From an uncultured Planctomycetaceae bacterium (GTDB taxonomy: Bacteria; Planctomycetota; Planctomycetia; Planctomycetales; Planctomycetaceae): a stretch of DNA of 64,000 bases. The stretch covers positions 62,001 to 126,000 of the forward strand of contig CAXBME010000013.1 of assembly GCA_963976765.1 (NCBI GenBank), in the 5' to 3' direction. Position numbers and translations under genes: made by a program. The notes below the pieces were generated by a model, which was given only the letters and a program-made list of their open reading frames with translations, had not been told where the DNA came from and did not search any database. Positions within the stretch are counted from its first letter, which is position 1; the number at the start of each line of letters is the position of its first letter. Of the stretch, positions 30,967-40,901 are shown piece after piece.

Positions 30967-32022
30967 GTGCCGATTTTGACGGAAACGCAATTACAGGAAT
31001 TTGGTGTCGCACTTCTGGCTGCTGGAGGGGCGAACGAAGCGGAAGCTTTGATCGTTGGCCGCAGCCTGGTCCAGGCCAACCTGCGAGGACACGATTCTCA
31101 CGGCGTGATGCGAATTCCGTTTTACGTGAAGCAGGTGCAGGACGGAAAACTCAACGCGGGCTCCAACCTGAACGTTGTGCAGGAATCTTCCGGCACGGTC
31201 GTCGGCGACGGAAACTGGGGCTTCGGGCAGGTGCTGTCCAGGCAGCTCATGGAAAAGCTGATGGACAAAGCATCGACGGCTGGCATCGCTTCGGGCTCGT
31301 TGCGACAGTCAGCTCACATCGGTCGATTGGGTGAGTACGCCGAAATGGCCGCCGAACGAAACATGGCCGCGATCATTTGTGCAAACACTCATGGCGCAGC
31401 TCAGCGAGTCGCCCCTGTCGGCGGCAAACGTCCGCGACTCGGCACCAACCCGCTGTGCATCGGCATGCCTGGCGGCAAGAACGGACCGTTCGTCCTGGAC
31501 TTCGGAACCAGCGCGACCGCCGAAGGCAAAGTTCGAGTCAAAAAGATCGCCGGCGAGAAAGTCCCCGACGGCTGGGTGCTCGATCCGGAAGGCAATCCGA
31601 CCAACGATCCCAACCAGCTTTACGGCGACCCTCCAGGCACGATCCTGCCGATGGGCGGCGATCAAGCTTACAAAGGTTTCGGTTTGTCGTTCATGATCGA
31701 AATGCTTTGCGGAGCTTTGTCCGGCGGCCAGTGTGCTTATCCCAACCCGCCGGCTCCGGTGGGCAACGCCGCCTTCTTCATCGTGATTGACCCGAGCCAG
31801 TACGCCGGTTTCGAGCACCTTCAGTCAGAAGTCTCGTCGCTGGAAGAGTACGTCCGCTCGGTCCCGCGCATTGACGGCGTCAACGAGATCTTCCTCCCCG
31901 GCGACCCCGAACAAAGAACCCTCGCCAAACGCTCCGCCGAAGGCATCCCCCTCGACGATGGCAACTGGAACGCCTTGCTGAAACTCGCCGAAGAACTGGG
32001 AGTAACTTCGCCTGCTGTTTAA
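30967..32022 (+). CDS. Ldh_2 family (type-2 malate/L-lactate/ureidoglycolate dehydrogenase-like) oxidoreductase
   Basis: ANLRGHDSHG, DGNWGFGQ, HIGRLGEY, LGTNP, YKGFGL. Confidence 0.9.
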   Translation: MPILTETQLQEFGVALLAAGGANEAEALIVGRSLVQANLRGHDSHGVMRIPFYVKQVQDGKLNAGSNLNVVQESSGTVVGDGNWGFGQVLSRQLMEKLMDKASTAGIASGSLRQSAHIGRLGEYAEMAAERNMAAIICANTHGAAQRVAPVGGKRPRLGTNPLCIGMPGGKNGPFVLDFGTSATAEGKVRVKKIAGEKVPDGWVLDPEGNPTNDPNQLYGDPPGTILPMGGDQAYKGFGLSFMIEMLCGALSGGQCAYPNPPAPVGNAAFFIVIDPSQYAGFEHLQSEVSSLEEYVRSVPRIDGVNEIFLPGDPEQRTLAKRSAEGIPLDDGNWNALLKLAEELGVTSPAV

Positions 32023-32120
32023 TTGGTCGAGTGATCGACTTAATCGCAGGCAATGTAGCTCGGATCTGCGATACCCGGTGGAGGCCGCTGACTCCAGACT
32101 GGTTGGGACGGCGTCACAAT

Positions 32121-35100
32121 CTATGTCAGGCCGACTTTTTTCAGGCGGCTGAAGAGGGTGCTGCGGGGGATGCCCAGGCTGCGGGCGGCTTTGGATTTGT
32201 TGCCGCCGGATTCCCGTAAAGCGCGTTGCAGGATTTCGAGTTCGGTTTCGAACTGAGGATCAAATGACTCGGCCATTGTTGACCTGACGGTGTTGACAGT
32301 TCCGGGCGGCGGACTGGTGACTTCAGTGCCGGATTTCTCTGGCGTGAAAATCTTCGGCGCGGGACTGAGCGTCGAGTTGACCGAGACCGCTCGACGCTGA
32401 GGCTGGGCTTGTGGTCGTCGGGCGGCGGAAAGAATGACATCGGGCAGGTCACGAAGAGTGATGCACTCGCCGTCGCACATGACGACAGCCCGTTCGATGA
32501 CGTTTTCCAGTTCGCGGATATTGCCTGGCCAGTGGTAATGTTTCAGCGCGTCCAGCGTTTCCTCGTCGATATGAGTAATCCGCTTGCCCAGTTTTTCGGC
32601 AGCCTTTTTGAGAAAGTAAATCGACAGTTCAAACAGATCTTCAGTCCGCTGCGCGAGCGTTGGCAGCGTGATGTTCACAACGTTCAGCCGGTAGAAGAGG
32701 TCGTCGCGAAATTTTCCAGCCTTGATCAACTGATTGAGATCCTGGTGCGTGGCCGTGATCAGTCGCACGTCGACTTCGACAGTTCGCGTTCCGCCGACCG
32801 GCTCGAACGACCGCATCTGCAGTACACGCAGAAGTTTGATCTGAGTCTCCAGCGAGATATCGCCGATTTCGTCCAGAAACAACGTCCCGCCATGAGCCAT
32901 TTCGAACCGACCCACTCGGTCTTTGTGAGCGCCGGTGAAGGCGCCTTTTACGTGTCCAAAGAGTTCGCTCTCCAGCAGGCTCGGTGACAGCGCCGCACAG
33001 TGAACGCGAATCAATGGTCCGTTTCTTCGCGGACTGTTTTCGTGCAGCGCCTGTGCGAGCAGCTCTTTCCCTGTTCCGCTGGCTCCCTGAATCAGCACTG
33101 TGGATTCAGAAATTGCCACCTTCTGTACGGTGTCAAGGACTCGCCGAATCGCCGGGCTGTTCCCCTTGATCATCTCGCGGCGAAGTTCGTGCGACTGTTC
33201 TGGCGGTCGCGTTTTTGTGCTGCCGGTCAGTTCGGCCTGCATGATCGCGATCTGCTGCCGCTGTTCGTCGATCTTTCCGGCCTTCAGACTGATCTCGTCG
33301 TTGAGCCTCGCGAAATCCTGATGCACCTTCACGCTTCGCAGCGACATTGCCGTGAACTGAGCCAGCGTATGCAGAAACGTCAGATCCTCCGCCGTATACG
33401 GAGTTCCGTCGTGCCGCTTGCCGAGAAGGGCGATGCCTTCGACTTCGTCGTCGACGACCAGTGGGAACATCAATTCACTGCGGAGATCCTTCAGTGTTCG
33501 ATTCAATGTATCGTTGGCTGGAGTCGTCGCCCGCTGGATGGTGACCTCAAGCTTGAGCCGTTCTCCGGCGACTGTCGAGTCCGGGAATCGCTCGGGCAAC
33601 ACACCGCCTCCGTCCATGGCAACGAGTTGAAATTCGTCGCTGCCCGTTTCACGAAGATAGAGTGCCCCCATGACCGCGCCGAGAACTTCGCGGCAGGAAG
33701 CCAGCATTCTCAGGCCAAGAGAGTGCCGGTCTTCCAGTTGGTCCATCGCACGATTAACTCGCTGCAACGCTCGGTCGAGCTGATATTTCTCGCGGTAGAA
33801 ACGTCGGTCGATACTCTGCTGGAGACGGTCGCGACTCCACGTTAAAACAACGACCAGAAACGTCAGCAGCACGCCGATCGACAGAACCTGCTGCAGCACG
33901 CCAGGGATGCTTTCTGAAACGTTGAAGTCGTTCGCAAAAAACATCGCCAGAGCGACGCAGACTCCGTAGCCGATTGTCAGTCCTTGACTGGCCAGGTGAT
34001 AAAGCATGCCCCGCGTAACGAACTCGTCGACGAGCATCAGCTTGTGCCGAACGATGCCCACGGTGTAGGCCGCTGTGAACGAAAGGCTGGCCAGGAACAT
34101 CGGAATTCGAGCACTGCCCAGCGCGAACGCCGTTCGATCAAACAATGCCAGATAAAGCGTGTAGCTGACGGGGATTGCCGAAGCCAGACTCGCGAAGAAC
34201 ATCCACTTGATCTGATTCTTCTCGGAAGGAGTGGTTGCTGTCAGGAACTCAGTCGCCAGCGCGACCAGCATGATGCAGAAGCAGAACGCGGCAAATGCCA
34301 GATACGCATAAATCGCTTCGCGAAGAACCATCAGACACCACGAGACGTCCTGAACTCTCTCGATGCTCATGCCATCGCTGGTAAAACTCCATGCCGCCAC
34401 CAGCAATCCAGTCATGAGAACGGTGGTAATCACCGGCGCGGTATAAATCGCCGCGATGGTTCGACGTGGATGATGCTCCATCGGGCCGAGAGGGCGCGGG
34501 TAGCACAGAAAGAAATGTACCGAGACGGCGGGAGTCAGCAGGGCGCAAACCAGAAACGGCATATTCAGAAGTGGGCTGCTGGCAATCACCCACCAGTGAA
34601 AGCCGCCGATAAATGCGGCCATTGCGACCGCACACATCGCGAAAAAAAGCCGGGCGGTGCGGTCGAAGGGGCGATGCCACGCGGCCAGGGCACTGACAGC
34701 AAAAATCGCGAATTGCAGCACCAGCCAGACAAATGAGATCAGAACTTCAGACAGCGGAATCGACTCAATCACGATCCAGGCGCGTTCTGGCTGGCCATCC
34801 CGCAGAAATTCGATTTCGACGGTTCGGTCGCCGCCAACCGACAGCAACGACGGAAACAGATCCTCGATATAGATCGACGGATCCTGGCCCTCATCGAGGA
34901 TTCCGTGAGTCGGAATTGGCGCGTCGCGCAGGTATTGCAGCCCCGCGCTGAAATCCAGAAAAGTGCGTATTGACTTGTCGTGGATCCGGACCAGTACATC
35001 GCCTTCGGCTGGTTTGGTGCCGAAATGTTCGAAGTCAGCAAACCCGCGAATCACCATCCCGGAAGTGTGTGTGACGGATGACTCTTCGCCGGTGCCGGTC

Positions 35101-35243
35101 ACATTCTCAGCGTCGGACAGCAGTCCTCGGATGCCAATGTCGGGGGTCGTTCCGACATACCCGAGCACAAGCACAGAGTAGATGACAACGGAAATTCCGA
35201 GCCCCATTACCAGCAGTTTTGGTCGTGCCAGTTCACCGTCCAT
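32121..35243 (-). CDS. Polytopic membrane-anchored sigma-54 enhancer-binding protein (extracytoplasmic region + ~9-10 TM + GAF-like + AAA+ + Fis HTH)
   Basis: GASGTGKE Walker A, ESELFGHVKGAFTGA, FLDEIG, FRDDLFYRLNV, WPGNIRELEN, GNKSKAARSLGIPRSTL; long hydrophobic N-terminal half. Confidence 0.92.
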   Translation of the reverse strand: MDGELARPKLLVMGLGISVVIYSVLVLGYVGTTPDIGIRGLLSDAENVTGTGEESSVTHTSGMVIRGFADFEHFGTKPAEGDVLVRIHDKSIRTFLDFSAGLQYLRDAPIPTHGILDEGQDPSIYIEDLFPSLLSVGGDRTVEIEFLRDGQPERAWIVIESIPLSEVLISFVWLVLQFAIFAVSALAAWHRPFDRTARLFFAMCAVAMAAFIGGFHWWVIASSPLLNMPFLVCALLTPAVSVHFFLCYPRPLGPMEHHPRRTIAAIYTAPVITTVLMTGLLVAAWSFTSDGMSIERVQDVSWCLMVLREAIYAYLAFAAFCFCIMLVALATEFLTATTPSEKNQIKWMFFASLASAIPVSYTLYLALFDRTAFALGSARIPMFLASLSFTAAYTVGIVRHKLMLVDEFVTRGMLYHLASQGLTIGYGVCVALAMFFANDFNVSESIPGVLQQVLSIGVLLTFLVVVLTWSRDRLQQSIDRRFYREKYQLDRALQRVNRAMDQLEDRHSLGLRMLASCREVLGAVMGALYLRETGSDEFQLVAMDGGGVLPERFPDSTVAGERLKLEVTIQRATTPANDTLNRTLKDLRSELMFPLVVDDEVEGIALLGKRHDGTPYTAEDLTFLHTLAQFTAMSLRSVKVHQDFARLNDEISLKAGKIDEQRQQIAIMQAELTGSTKTRPPEQSHELRREMIKGNSPAIRRVLDTVQKVAISESTVLIQGASGTGKELLAQALHENSPRRNGPLIRVHCAALSPSLLESELFGHVKGAFTGAHKDRVGRFEMAHGGTLFLDEIGDISLETQIKLLRVLQMRSFEPVGGTRTVEVDVRLITATHQDLNQLIKAGKFRDDLFYRLNVVNITLPTLAQRTEDLFELSIYFLKKAAEKLGKRITHIDEETLDALKHYHWPGNIRELENVIERAVVMCDGECITLRDLPDVILSAARRPQAQPQRRAVSVNSTLSPAPKIFTPEKSGTEVTSPPPGTVNTVRSTMAESFDPQFETELEILQRALRESGGNKSKAARSLGIPRSTLFSRLKKVGLT

Positions 35244-35300
35244 CCTGTCGAATCTCCCGTCGACCGGCGCTTTTCGGCGCCGACTCTGAAGCTGTGCTGT

Positions 35301-35325
35301 GTGTTGACGAAGCGGCAGTTAACAC
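35301..35325. promoter_or_regulatory. Putative upstream activator sequence (palindrome)
   Basis: GTGTTGAC-N9-GTTAACAC (one mismatch), about 105-130 bp upstream of the predicted sigma-54 start site. Confidence 0.4.
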
Positions 35326-35401
35326 TTTTCACAGGGGGAAATGCAAGTGGCGGCGCCGATTTTAGTGATTTTCTGCAATCGACAGATCGAATGGACGGCG
35401 A

Positions 35402-35418
35402 CCGGCACGATCCGTGCT
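35402..35418 (+). promoter_or_regulatory. Putative sigma-54 (-24/-12) promoter
   Basis: CCGGCACGATCCGTGCT: GG-N10-GC spacing with GGCACG core, close to the TGGCACG-N4-TTGC consensus. Confidence 0.6.
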
Positions 35419-35428
35419 TAAGGAGCGG

Positions 35429-35568
35429 TCACCCAGCTTGGCCCTCGAGAGTTAGCGGTTGACCTCGCTTCAGGTACTCGGCGCGGGACGGCAGTCTTTG
35501 ACCCACTCTGCCGTTCATTGCAAGACCCAGCCCGTCGATGTTTCCTGTCCCGCTCCGAGGGCCTTTTT
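35429..35568 (+). ncRNA. Candidate structured non-coding RNA (~140 nt)
   Basis: No credible ORF; GGCCCTCG(35440)/CGAGGGCC(35563) end pairing, 15-nt near-perfect stem 35477-35491/35545-35559, ACGGCAG/CTGCCGT hairpin, ends in T5; lies just downstream of the sigma-54 promoter. Confidence 0.5.
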
Positions 35569-35606
35569 GTGCGCCGAGCAGGAATCGGTGAACCTGCAAA
35601 GTCAGG

Positions 35607-38291
35607 TCACCGCTTCAGGTCTTCCAGCTGCTCGTTAAGCTTGCCAAGTAGCTCGTCGTGGGAGTGCATGTACTCCTGTTGGGCTCGCCAGGCGGCGGCT
35701 GTTTCGGCGATCACCTTTCGAAAGGCCGGGTCGTCGTTGAGTGCCTGGCGGCGTTCCTTTTTCTTCTGGATGATTTTCTCATTGGACACAAAGAGCTGAG
35801 GATACGACGCTTCCAGTCGCTGCTGAGCGGCTTCCCGGACGGCCACGAGTTTCAGGTACTCAGGATCTGCCTGATGTTTCAGACGCAGCCGTTCAAGTTC
35901 TGCCGGGCGACGGCTGGCGGGCAGAGATTCAAAGGTTGGCTCCTGGTTGATCAGGAACGTGTCGATAGCCCGAGCCGCTCGATACGTGGCGAAGAGCGTT
36001 TCCTTGTAGTCAGGGTCTTCTTCATGGAGCCGTTTGCGAAGCTCTGCGATTTTCTTGTTCAACGTTTTCGTCGAACTGAAAATTTCCGGGTATAGCCGTT
36101 TCTCCGTTTCCTTCAGTTCGTCGTGCCGTTGGACGAGATCCCGGTAGGCTCCGTCTGACTGGTAGAGAATATCGTGGGCGTTGGTTTTCTGAATGTCGTA
36201 CTGTTCCTGAAGTGACTTTTCGACTGGATGGCTGCCAGAAGCCTGCTGAATTATTTGAAGGCTCGCGTCCCTGTCACGGTTCTGCGTGGCTTTGAAAAGC
36301 TGAAAGTTGTCGAAGGCGGCGGCTGGCTGATCGACCTGAAACGCCAGGTAGGTGCGTTCCTGATCGAGTATCGGGTGCTTTGCGTACGCGAGATGTTCGT
36401 GGTCGATGTGGGCGACCAGTTCGTCTCCGAGAAACTCGACGGTCATTGTGTGCCAGGATCCGGGTTTGAAGTTGAAGGCACATTCTCCGTGTCGGCGTGA
36501 AAAGTAAGGACCGCGATCGTCCAGAGCTGTCTGAATGAAGAAATGGTCGGGGCGAAGATGGATGACCGCGTTGTAGTGGCCCGATGAGCCTGTCACGAGT
36601 CGCACGTCGCCAGCACCGTCGAATCGAAAATCGAATCGGATCATGCAGTCCTTGAAAACGGGGGCTCTGACAAAAATCCGATTGTTTGCTCCGGGATGTT
36701 CCGTGCGACGCAGGATGCCATTTTCCGCCGTCCATTCTTTTTGAAAGTGCCAGCGTTCACTCACCTGACCCTCCGAAAAGTGATCACCAAAGTCGAGGCT
36801 CCTCGGTGAAATAAGCAGGGGAGATGACGGCACATTCGCTCCGATCTCTGAACGCCATGCCGTCAGCCGGCTTCCGAGTTCGGCGACACGGTCTGGAAAC
36901 TGACTGGCGAGATTTTGAGTCTCGGACACATCGTCGGTCAGGTTGTAGAGTTCGTAACGCGAGTCCGTTGGTGCATCGAACTTCTCGATGAGTTTCCAGT
37001 CTCCAGAACGCACGGCTCCAGCGGACACACCGCCCAGGAAGTGCGGTTCGTCGAGCGGGTAATGCCAGAAGATTTCCTTGCGATTCGGGCTCGACTTCGG
37101 ATTCTTCCATGTGGACAGTGTTGAAACGCCGTCCAGCTTCTGAGTGGGGTCGGGAGAAATTCCGGCGGCGGCGAGAAGCGTCGGGTAAAAGTCGTAGTTC
37201 GCGGTGGTGCTGTCGCAGACTGTTTCGGCGGGCACTTGACCCGGCCAGCGGACGATTAACGGAACCCGGATACCGCCTTCGTAAAGCTGGCTCTTGCCGC
37301 CTCGAAGTGGAGCATTGGAAGTGACGTTCGTTTCGCCACCGTTGTCGCTGCTGAAGATAAAAATGGTGTTGTCAGCAAGTCCGAGTTCCTCAAGCTTCCG
37401 GGTCAGCAGACCTGTCCCCTGATCGATGCTCTCCAGCATCGCTGCCAGGTGAGGGTTGTGGCTTTCGGCCCAGTGATGATCGGCGTCGCCGGTCAGGCCT
37501 GCGTCTTTGCAGAGGTAGCAGTTTTCGCGGGAACATTTTCCGGGAGCGTGCTTCGCTCTGTATTTTTTAACGAGATCCGGGCGACCGTTAAGAATCGTGT
37601 GCGGTGCGTAGTGGCTGAGGTAAAGAAAGAACGGCTTGTCTCTGTTTCGTTCGACAAAGCCAACAGCTTCCAGATTCAGCCGGTCGGTCAGATATTCATT
37701 TTCGCCAAGACGATTCTCTGGCAGATCGAGCCAGCGGACGCCCTGGTCGCGGAAAACGTAGGGCCAGAAGTTGGCTCCGTTGCCGACGCCTTTGATCTCG
37801 CTGCCGATGTTCCAGCCGAAGCCGTGATCAAGCGGTCTGATCTCGAACTCGGCGCCGTGATGCCGGTAGCCGGTCAGGTGCCACTTACCGATCATGCCTG
37901 TCTGGTAACCGTTTTTTGAAAGGATTTCCGGCAGCGTGACCTGACTGGTCGGCAGCGCGTTGGACGAGTTTGGCCGCAGGTAGTCGAGGATTCCGATTCG
38001 CGCCGGATGCTGTCCTGTCAGTAGCGCCGCTCGGTAGGGCGAGCAGACCGGCGCAGCGGCGTATGCATTCGTAAAACGCATTCCCTGTTTCGCGAGACGA
38101 TCCAGGTGCGGCGTCTCGTGAAACGTGTTGCCGTAACAGCCGAGTTCTGACCAGCCCAGATCGTCAGCGAGCACGAAGATAATGTTCGGCGGTTTGGGCG
38201 GCTCAGCATGGGCAGTATTGCCGAGTGTAAAGTTCCGTGCGAAGAACAGAACCATTAACAGCACGCAGCGGGGGAACTGAGTTTTCAACAT
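35607..38291 (-). CDS. Secreted sulfatase (formylglycine type) with C-terminal beta-sandwich and helical extensions
   Basis: PNIIFVLADDLG, CSPYRAALLTG (CxPxR), GKWHL, SDNGG, GGKSQLYEGGIRVP. Confidence 0.9.
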   Translation of the reverse strand: MLKTQFPRCVLLMVLFFARNFTLGNTAHAEPPKPPNIIFVLADDLGWSELGCYGNTFHETPHLDRLAKQGMRFTNAYAAAPVCSPYRAALLTGQHPARIGILDYLRPNSSNALPTSQVTLPEILSKNGYQTGMIGKWHLTGYRHHGAEFEIRPLDHGFGWNIGSEIKGVGNGANFWPYVFRDQGVRWLDLPENRLGENEYLTDRLNLEAVGFVERNRDKPFFLYLSHYAPHTILNGRPDLVKKYRAKHAPGKCSRENCYLCKDAGLTGDADHHWAESHNPHLAAMLESIDQGTGLLTRKLEELGLADNTIFIFSSDNGGETNVTSNAPLRGGKSQLYEGGIRVPLIVRWPGQVPAETVCDSTTANYDFYPTLLAAAGISPDPTQKLDGVSTLSTWKNPKSSPNRKEIFWHYPLDEPHFLGGVSAGAVRSGDWKLIEKFDAPTDSRYELYNLTDDVSETQNLASQFPDRVAELGSRLTAWRSEIGANVPSSPLLISPRSLDFGDHFSEGQVSERWHFQKEWTAENGILRRTEHPGANNRIFVRAPVFKDCMIRFDFRFDGAGDVRLVTGSSGHYNAVIHLRPDHFFIQTALDDRGPYFSRRHGECAFNFKPGSWHTMTVEFLGDELVAHIDHEHLAYAKHPILDQERTYLAFQVDQPAAAFDNFQLFKATQNRDRDASLQIIQQASGSHPVEKSLQEQYDIQKTNAHDILYQSDGAYRDLVQRHDELKETEKRLYPEIFSSTKTLNKKIAELRKRLHEEDPDYKETLFATYRAARAIDTFLINQEPTFESLPASRRPAELERLRLKHQADPEYLKLVAVREAAQQRLEASYPQLFVSNEKIIQKKKERRQALNDDPAFRKVIAETAAAWRAQQEYMHSHDELLGKLNEQLEDLKR

Positions 38292-38368
38292 GGGATTGGG
38301 TCTTTAATCAGGTCAACGAGTTGGCGAAAAAAGACCCAATCCACGTTGAATAAACTGCTGGTTTGAGA

Positions 38369-40657
38369 TCACTCAGGCACGGTTTCTGACTGGCAGGTAG
38401 CGGAGCTCTCATCGAAAAAATCGATCACTCCGGACTTCACGTCGTAGATTGCTCCCACGACTTTGACTCGTCCGGCTTCGACAGCTTCCCGGATGACGCT
38501 GCTTCGTGAGACGACCTCGCGAACGGTCCGTTCGACGTTGCAACGGGCGACGTTGTCTCCCAGATGTTCGACTTCTTCGGGCGAGAGTTCTGACAGTGGC
38601 CGCGTCAGCAACTCAGTGACGCTCGGCGTAAGTTCGTCAACGATTGACTGCAAGTGCTCGCAGCCAGTGGCCGCCTGGGCCTTCTGATCGGTCCCGATCA
38701 GTTGAACCGACGAGGTCACCGCTCCGCAGCGCGTGTGGCCCATCACGAGAACCAGCTTCACGCCAGCGACTTTCACGCCGTACTCCATACTCGCCAGCGA
38801 TTTCGTACCGATCACGTTGCCGGCCACTCGAACGCTGAACACGTCTCCGAGTCCAAGGTCGAAAACCAGTTCAGCGGGGACTCGGGAATCGATGCAGCTC
38901 AATACGACGGCCAATGGAGTCTGCGACTGAGCCGTGGCATCGACTTGCCGAACAAAGTCTCGTGATAGCTGATTGCCTGTGCTGAACCGCCGGTTTCCCT
39001 CTCGAAGAATATCAAGAACCTGGTCGGGCGTGACCTGGTCCTGCAGTTCACGTGTTGAGTAATCGGCAAACCGAATATCGTCATTCAGATGGTACCTTGA
39101 ACGGAACCCTTGCAGGCTGACCTTCACACCGCGTGCCGGGCCAGACTTCTCTTTGAAATCGCGGATCAAGCTCAGCACGTCTGGATCGATGTAGTCCGTG
39201 TCTGTTGCGTCGATCAACCAGTGCGACCCCGATACGGCATTCTTGAAGAGTCCGTCGAGTGATGCACGATTCAGGAAGCTGACCTGGTTCGCCAGTTCAA
39301 CACGAGTGATCTCACCTCCCAGTCGTGTTTCGATGATTCGCCGAATCGGACGACGCAGGTTGCTGTTCAGGATGAAGAGCACGCTGATTGCCAGACCAAT
39401 CACGATTCCGATCAGCAGGTCTGTGAGGACGATCGAGACCAGCGTGATAATGAACGGCGCGAACTGATAGCGGCCCTCATTCCACATCTGCTGAAAGAGT
39501 TTCGGGCTCGCCAGCTTGAAACCGGTGACCAGGAGAATGGCTGCCAGAGCCGCGAGCGGGATCATGTTCAGATAGACCGGCAGAAACGCGACGCTGACCA
39601 GAAGCAGAACGCCGTGGAAGATGGCGGAGAATTTTGTTTTCGCTCCGGACGCGATGTTGACGGAACCTCGCACAATAACCGACGTCACCGGAATGGCTCC
39701 AAGTAGTCCGGCAGCGACGTTTCCGCAGCCCTGGGCAATCAGCTCTCGACTTGGAGGCGAAACTCGTTTTTGAGGGTCGAGTTTATCGACGGCTTCCAGG
39801 TTCAGCAGCGTCTCAAGAGACGCCACGATCGCGATAGTCGTTCCGGCCAGGTACACAGCCGGGTTGTTCCACTGCGAAAAGTCTGGCAACTGAAACAGGC
39901 CAATCAGGTCTGTCGCCGATTGTGCAATCGGAACCTGAACGAGATGGCTTGCTTCGATTAACCATCGGCCACCGATCTTTCGGAACAGCACGTTGATGCC
40001 GACGCCCAGCAGCACGACGACCAGTGGTGCAGGGATGATCGAATTCTTAAGGGGCTTCAGCTTTTCCCAGAACACAAGCACTGCAATCGACAGCAGCCCG
40101 ATCACCGCGGCGCCCGGATGAAGGTCGTTCGCGATCATTGCAAGTTCAGAGAATGTGTTTTCATGGTCCGGCTGAACAAACGACATTTCGCCCTCGGGGT
40201 CGGTGTCGTGTCCCAGAATGTGAGGAATCTGTTTCAGAATCAGAATGACGCCGATGGCAGCCAGCAGTCCCTTAATCACGCTGGACGGGAAGAAGGCGGA
40301 GAGCGCTCCCGCTTTCATTACTCCGAGGCCGATCTGAAGCAGGCCGCCAATCAGAACGGCGAGCAGAAACGCTTCGAACGAACCGAGCACCCCGATCTGT
40401 GTCGCAACGATTGCCGTTAAGCCAGCTGCCGGACCGCTGACGCTGGAGTGCGAACCACTGACTGCTCCCACGACGAGGCCGCCGATGATGCCGGCCAGCA
40501 GGCCGGAGAACAGCGGAGCGCCGGATGCCAGCGCGATGCCCAGGCAAAGTGGAAGTGCAACGAGAAAGACGACGAGCCCGGAAGTCAGGTCGTGTTTCAA
40601 TGTCGACGGCGGTCGAATGGTCGTGTTGCTGTCAAACGTTTCGAGCTGATGGCTCAT
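38369..40657 (-). CDS. SulP/SLC26 anion (bicarbonate) transporter fused to beta-carbonic anhydrase
   Basis: GLVVFLVALPLCLGIALASG, SVSGPAAGL, ELIAQGCGN; C-terminal LSCIDSRVP and GHTRCGA Zn ligands. Confidence 0.93.
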   Translation of the reverse strand: MSHQLETFDSNTTIRPPSTLKHDLTSGLVVFLVALPLCLGIALASGAPLFSGLLAGIIGGLVVGAVSGSHSSVSGPAAGLTAIVATQIGVLGSFEAFLLAVLIGGLLQIGLGVMKAGALSAFFPSSVIKGLLAAIGVILILKQIPHILGHDTDPEGEMSFVQPDHENTFSELAMIANDLHPGAAVIGLLSIAVLVFWEKLKPLKNSIIPAPLVVVLLGVGINVLFRKIGGRWLIEASHLVQVPIAQSATDLIGLFQLPDFSQWNNPAVYLAGTTIAIVASLETLLNLEAVDKLDPQKRVSPPSRELIAQGCGNVAAGLLGAIPVTSVIVRGSVNIASGAKTKFSAIFHGVLLLVSVAFLPVYLNMIPLAALAAILLVTGFKLASPKLFQQMWNEGRYQFAPFIITLVSIVLTDLLIGIVIGLAISVLFILNSNLRRPIRRIIETRLGGEITRVELANQVSFLNRASLDGLFKNAVSGSHWLIDATDTDYIDPDVLSLIRDFKEKSGPARGVKVSLQGFRSRYHLNDDIRFADYSTRELQDQVTPDQVLDILREGNRRFSTGNQLSRDFVRQVDATAQSQTPLAVVLSCIDSRVPAELVFDLGLGDVFSVRVAGNVIGTKSLASMEYGVKVAGVKLVLVMGHTRCGAVTSSVQLIGTDQKAQAATGCEHLQSIVDELTPSVTELLTRPLSELSPEEVEHLGDNVARCNVERTVREVVSRSSVIREAVEAGRVKVVGAIYDVKSGVIDFFDESSATCQSETVPE

Positions 40658-40901
40658 GGCAGAATCTCGAATCTGATATCTGGTGTTGGCTGATGGAAGT
40701 CTTGTGGTTCGCAGAAATTCGTTCGCGCATTCCTGGCCGCTTACGACCGACGCGATTGTTGCGGAAGATGCGACGACGCAATGGCCAGGCCGAACGGGCG
40801 TGACGGGCAGTTGAGTCGATCAGCGGAGAGATGCAGGCACCACTCAGGATGTACGCACGGATCGAGAGGAATATCCCCACTCCGATCGACGTGGGGCTCC
40901 A

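Noticed and set aside
35421..35455. AGGAG plus TTG mini-ORF downstream of the sigma-54 promoter
   Set aside because: Only five codons, and the RBS-like sequence lies upstream of the predicted +1
35518..35799. 93-aa plus-strand ORF as the target of the sigma-54 promoter
   Set aside because: TTG start without RBS, largely antisense to the sulfatase 3' end, non-protein-like composition
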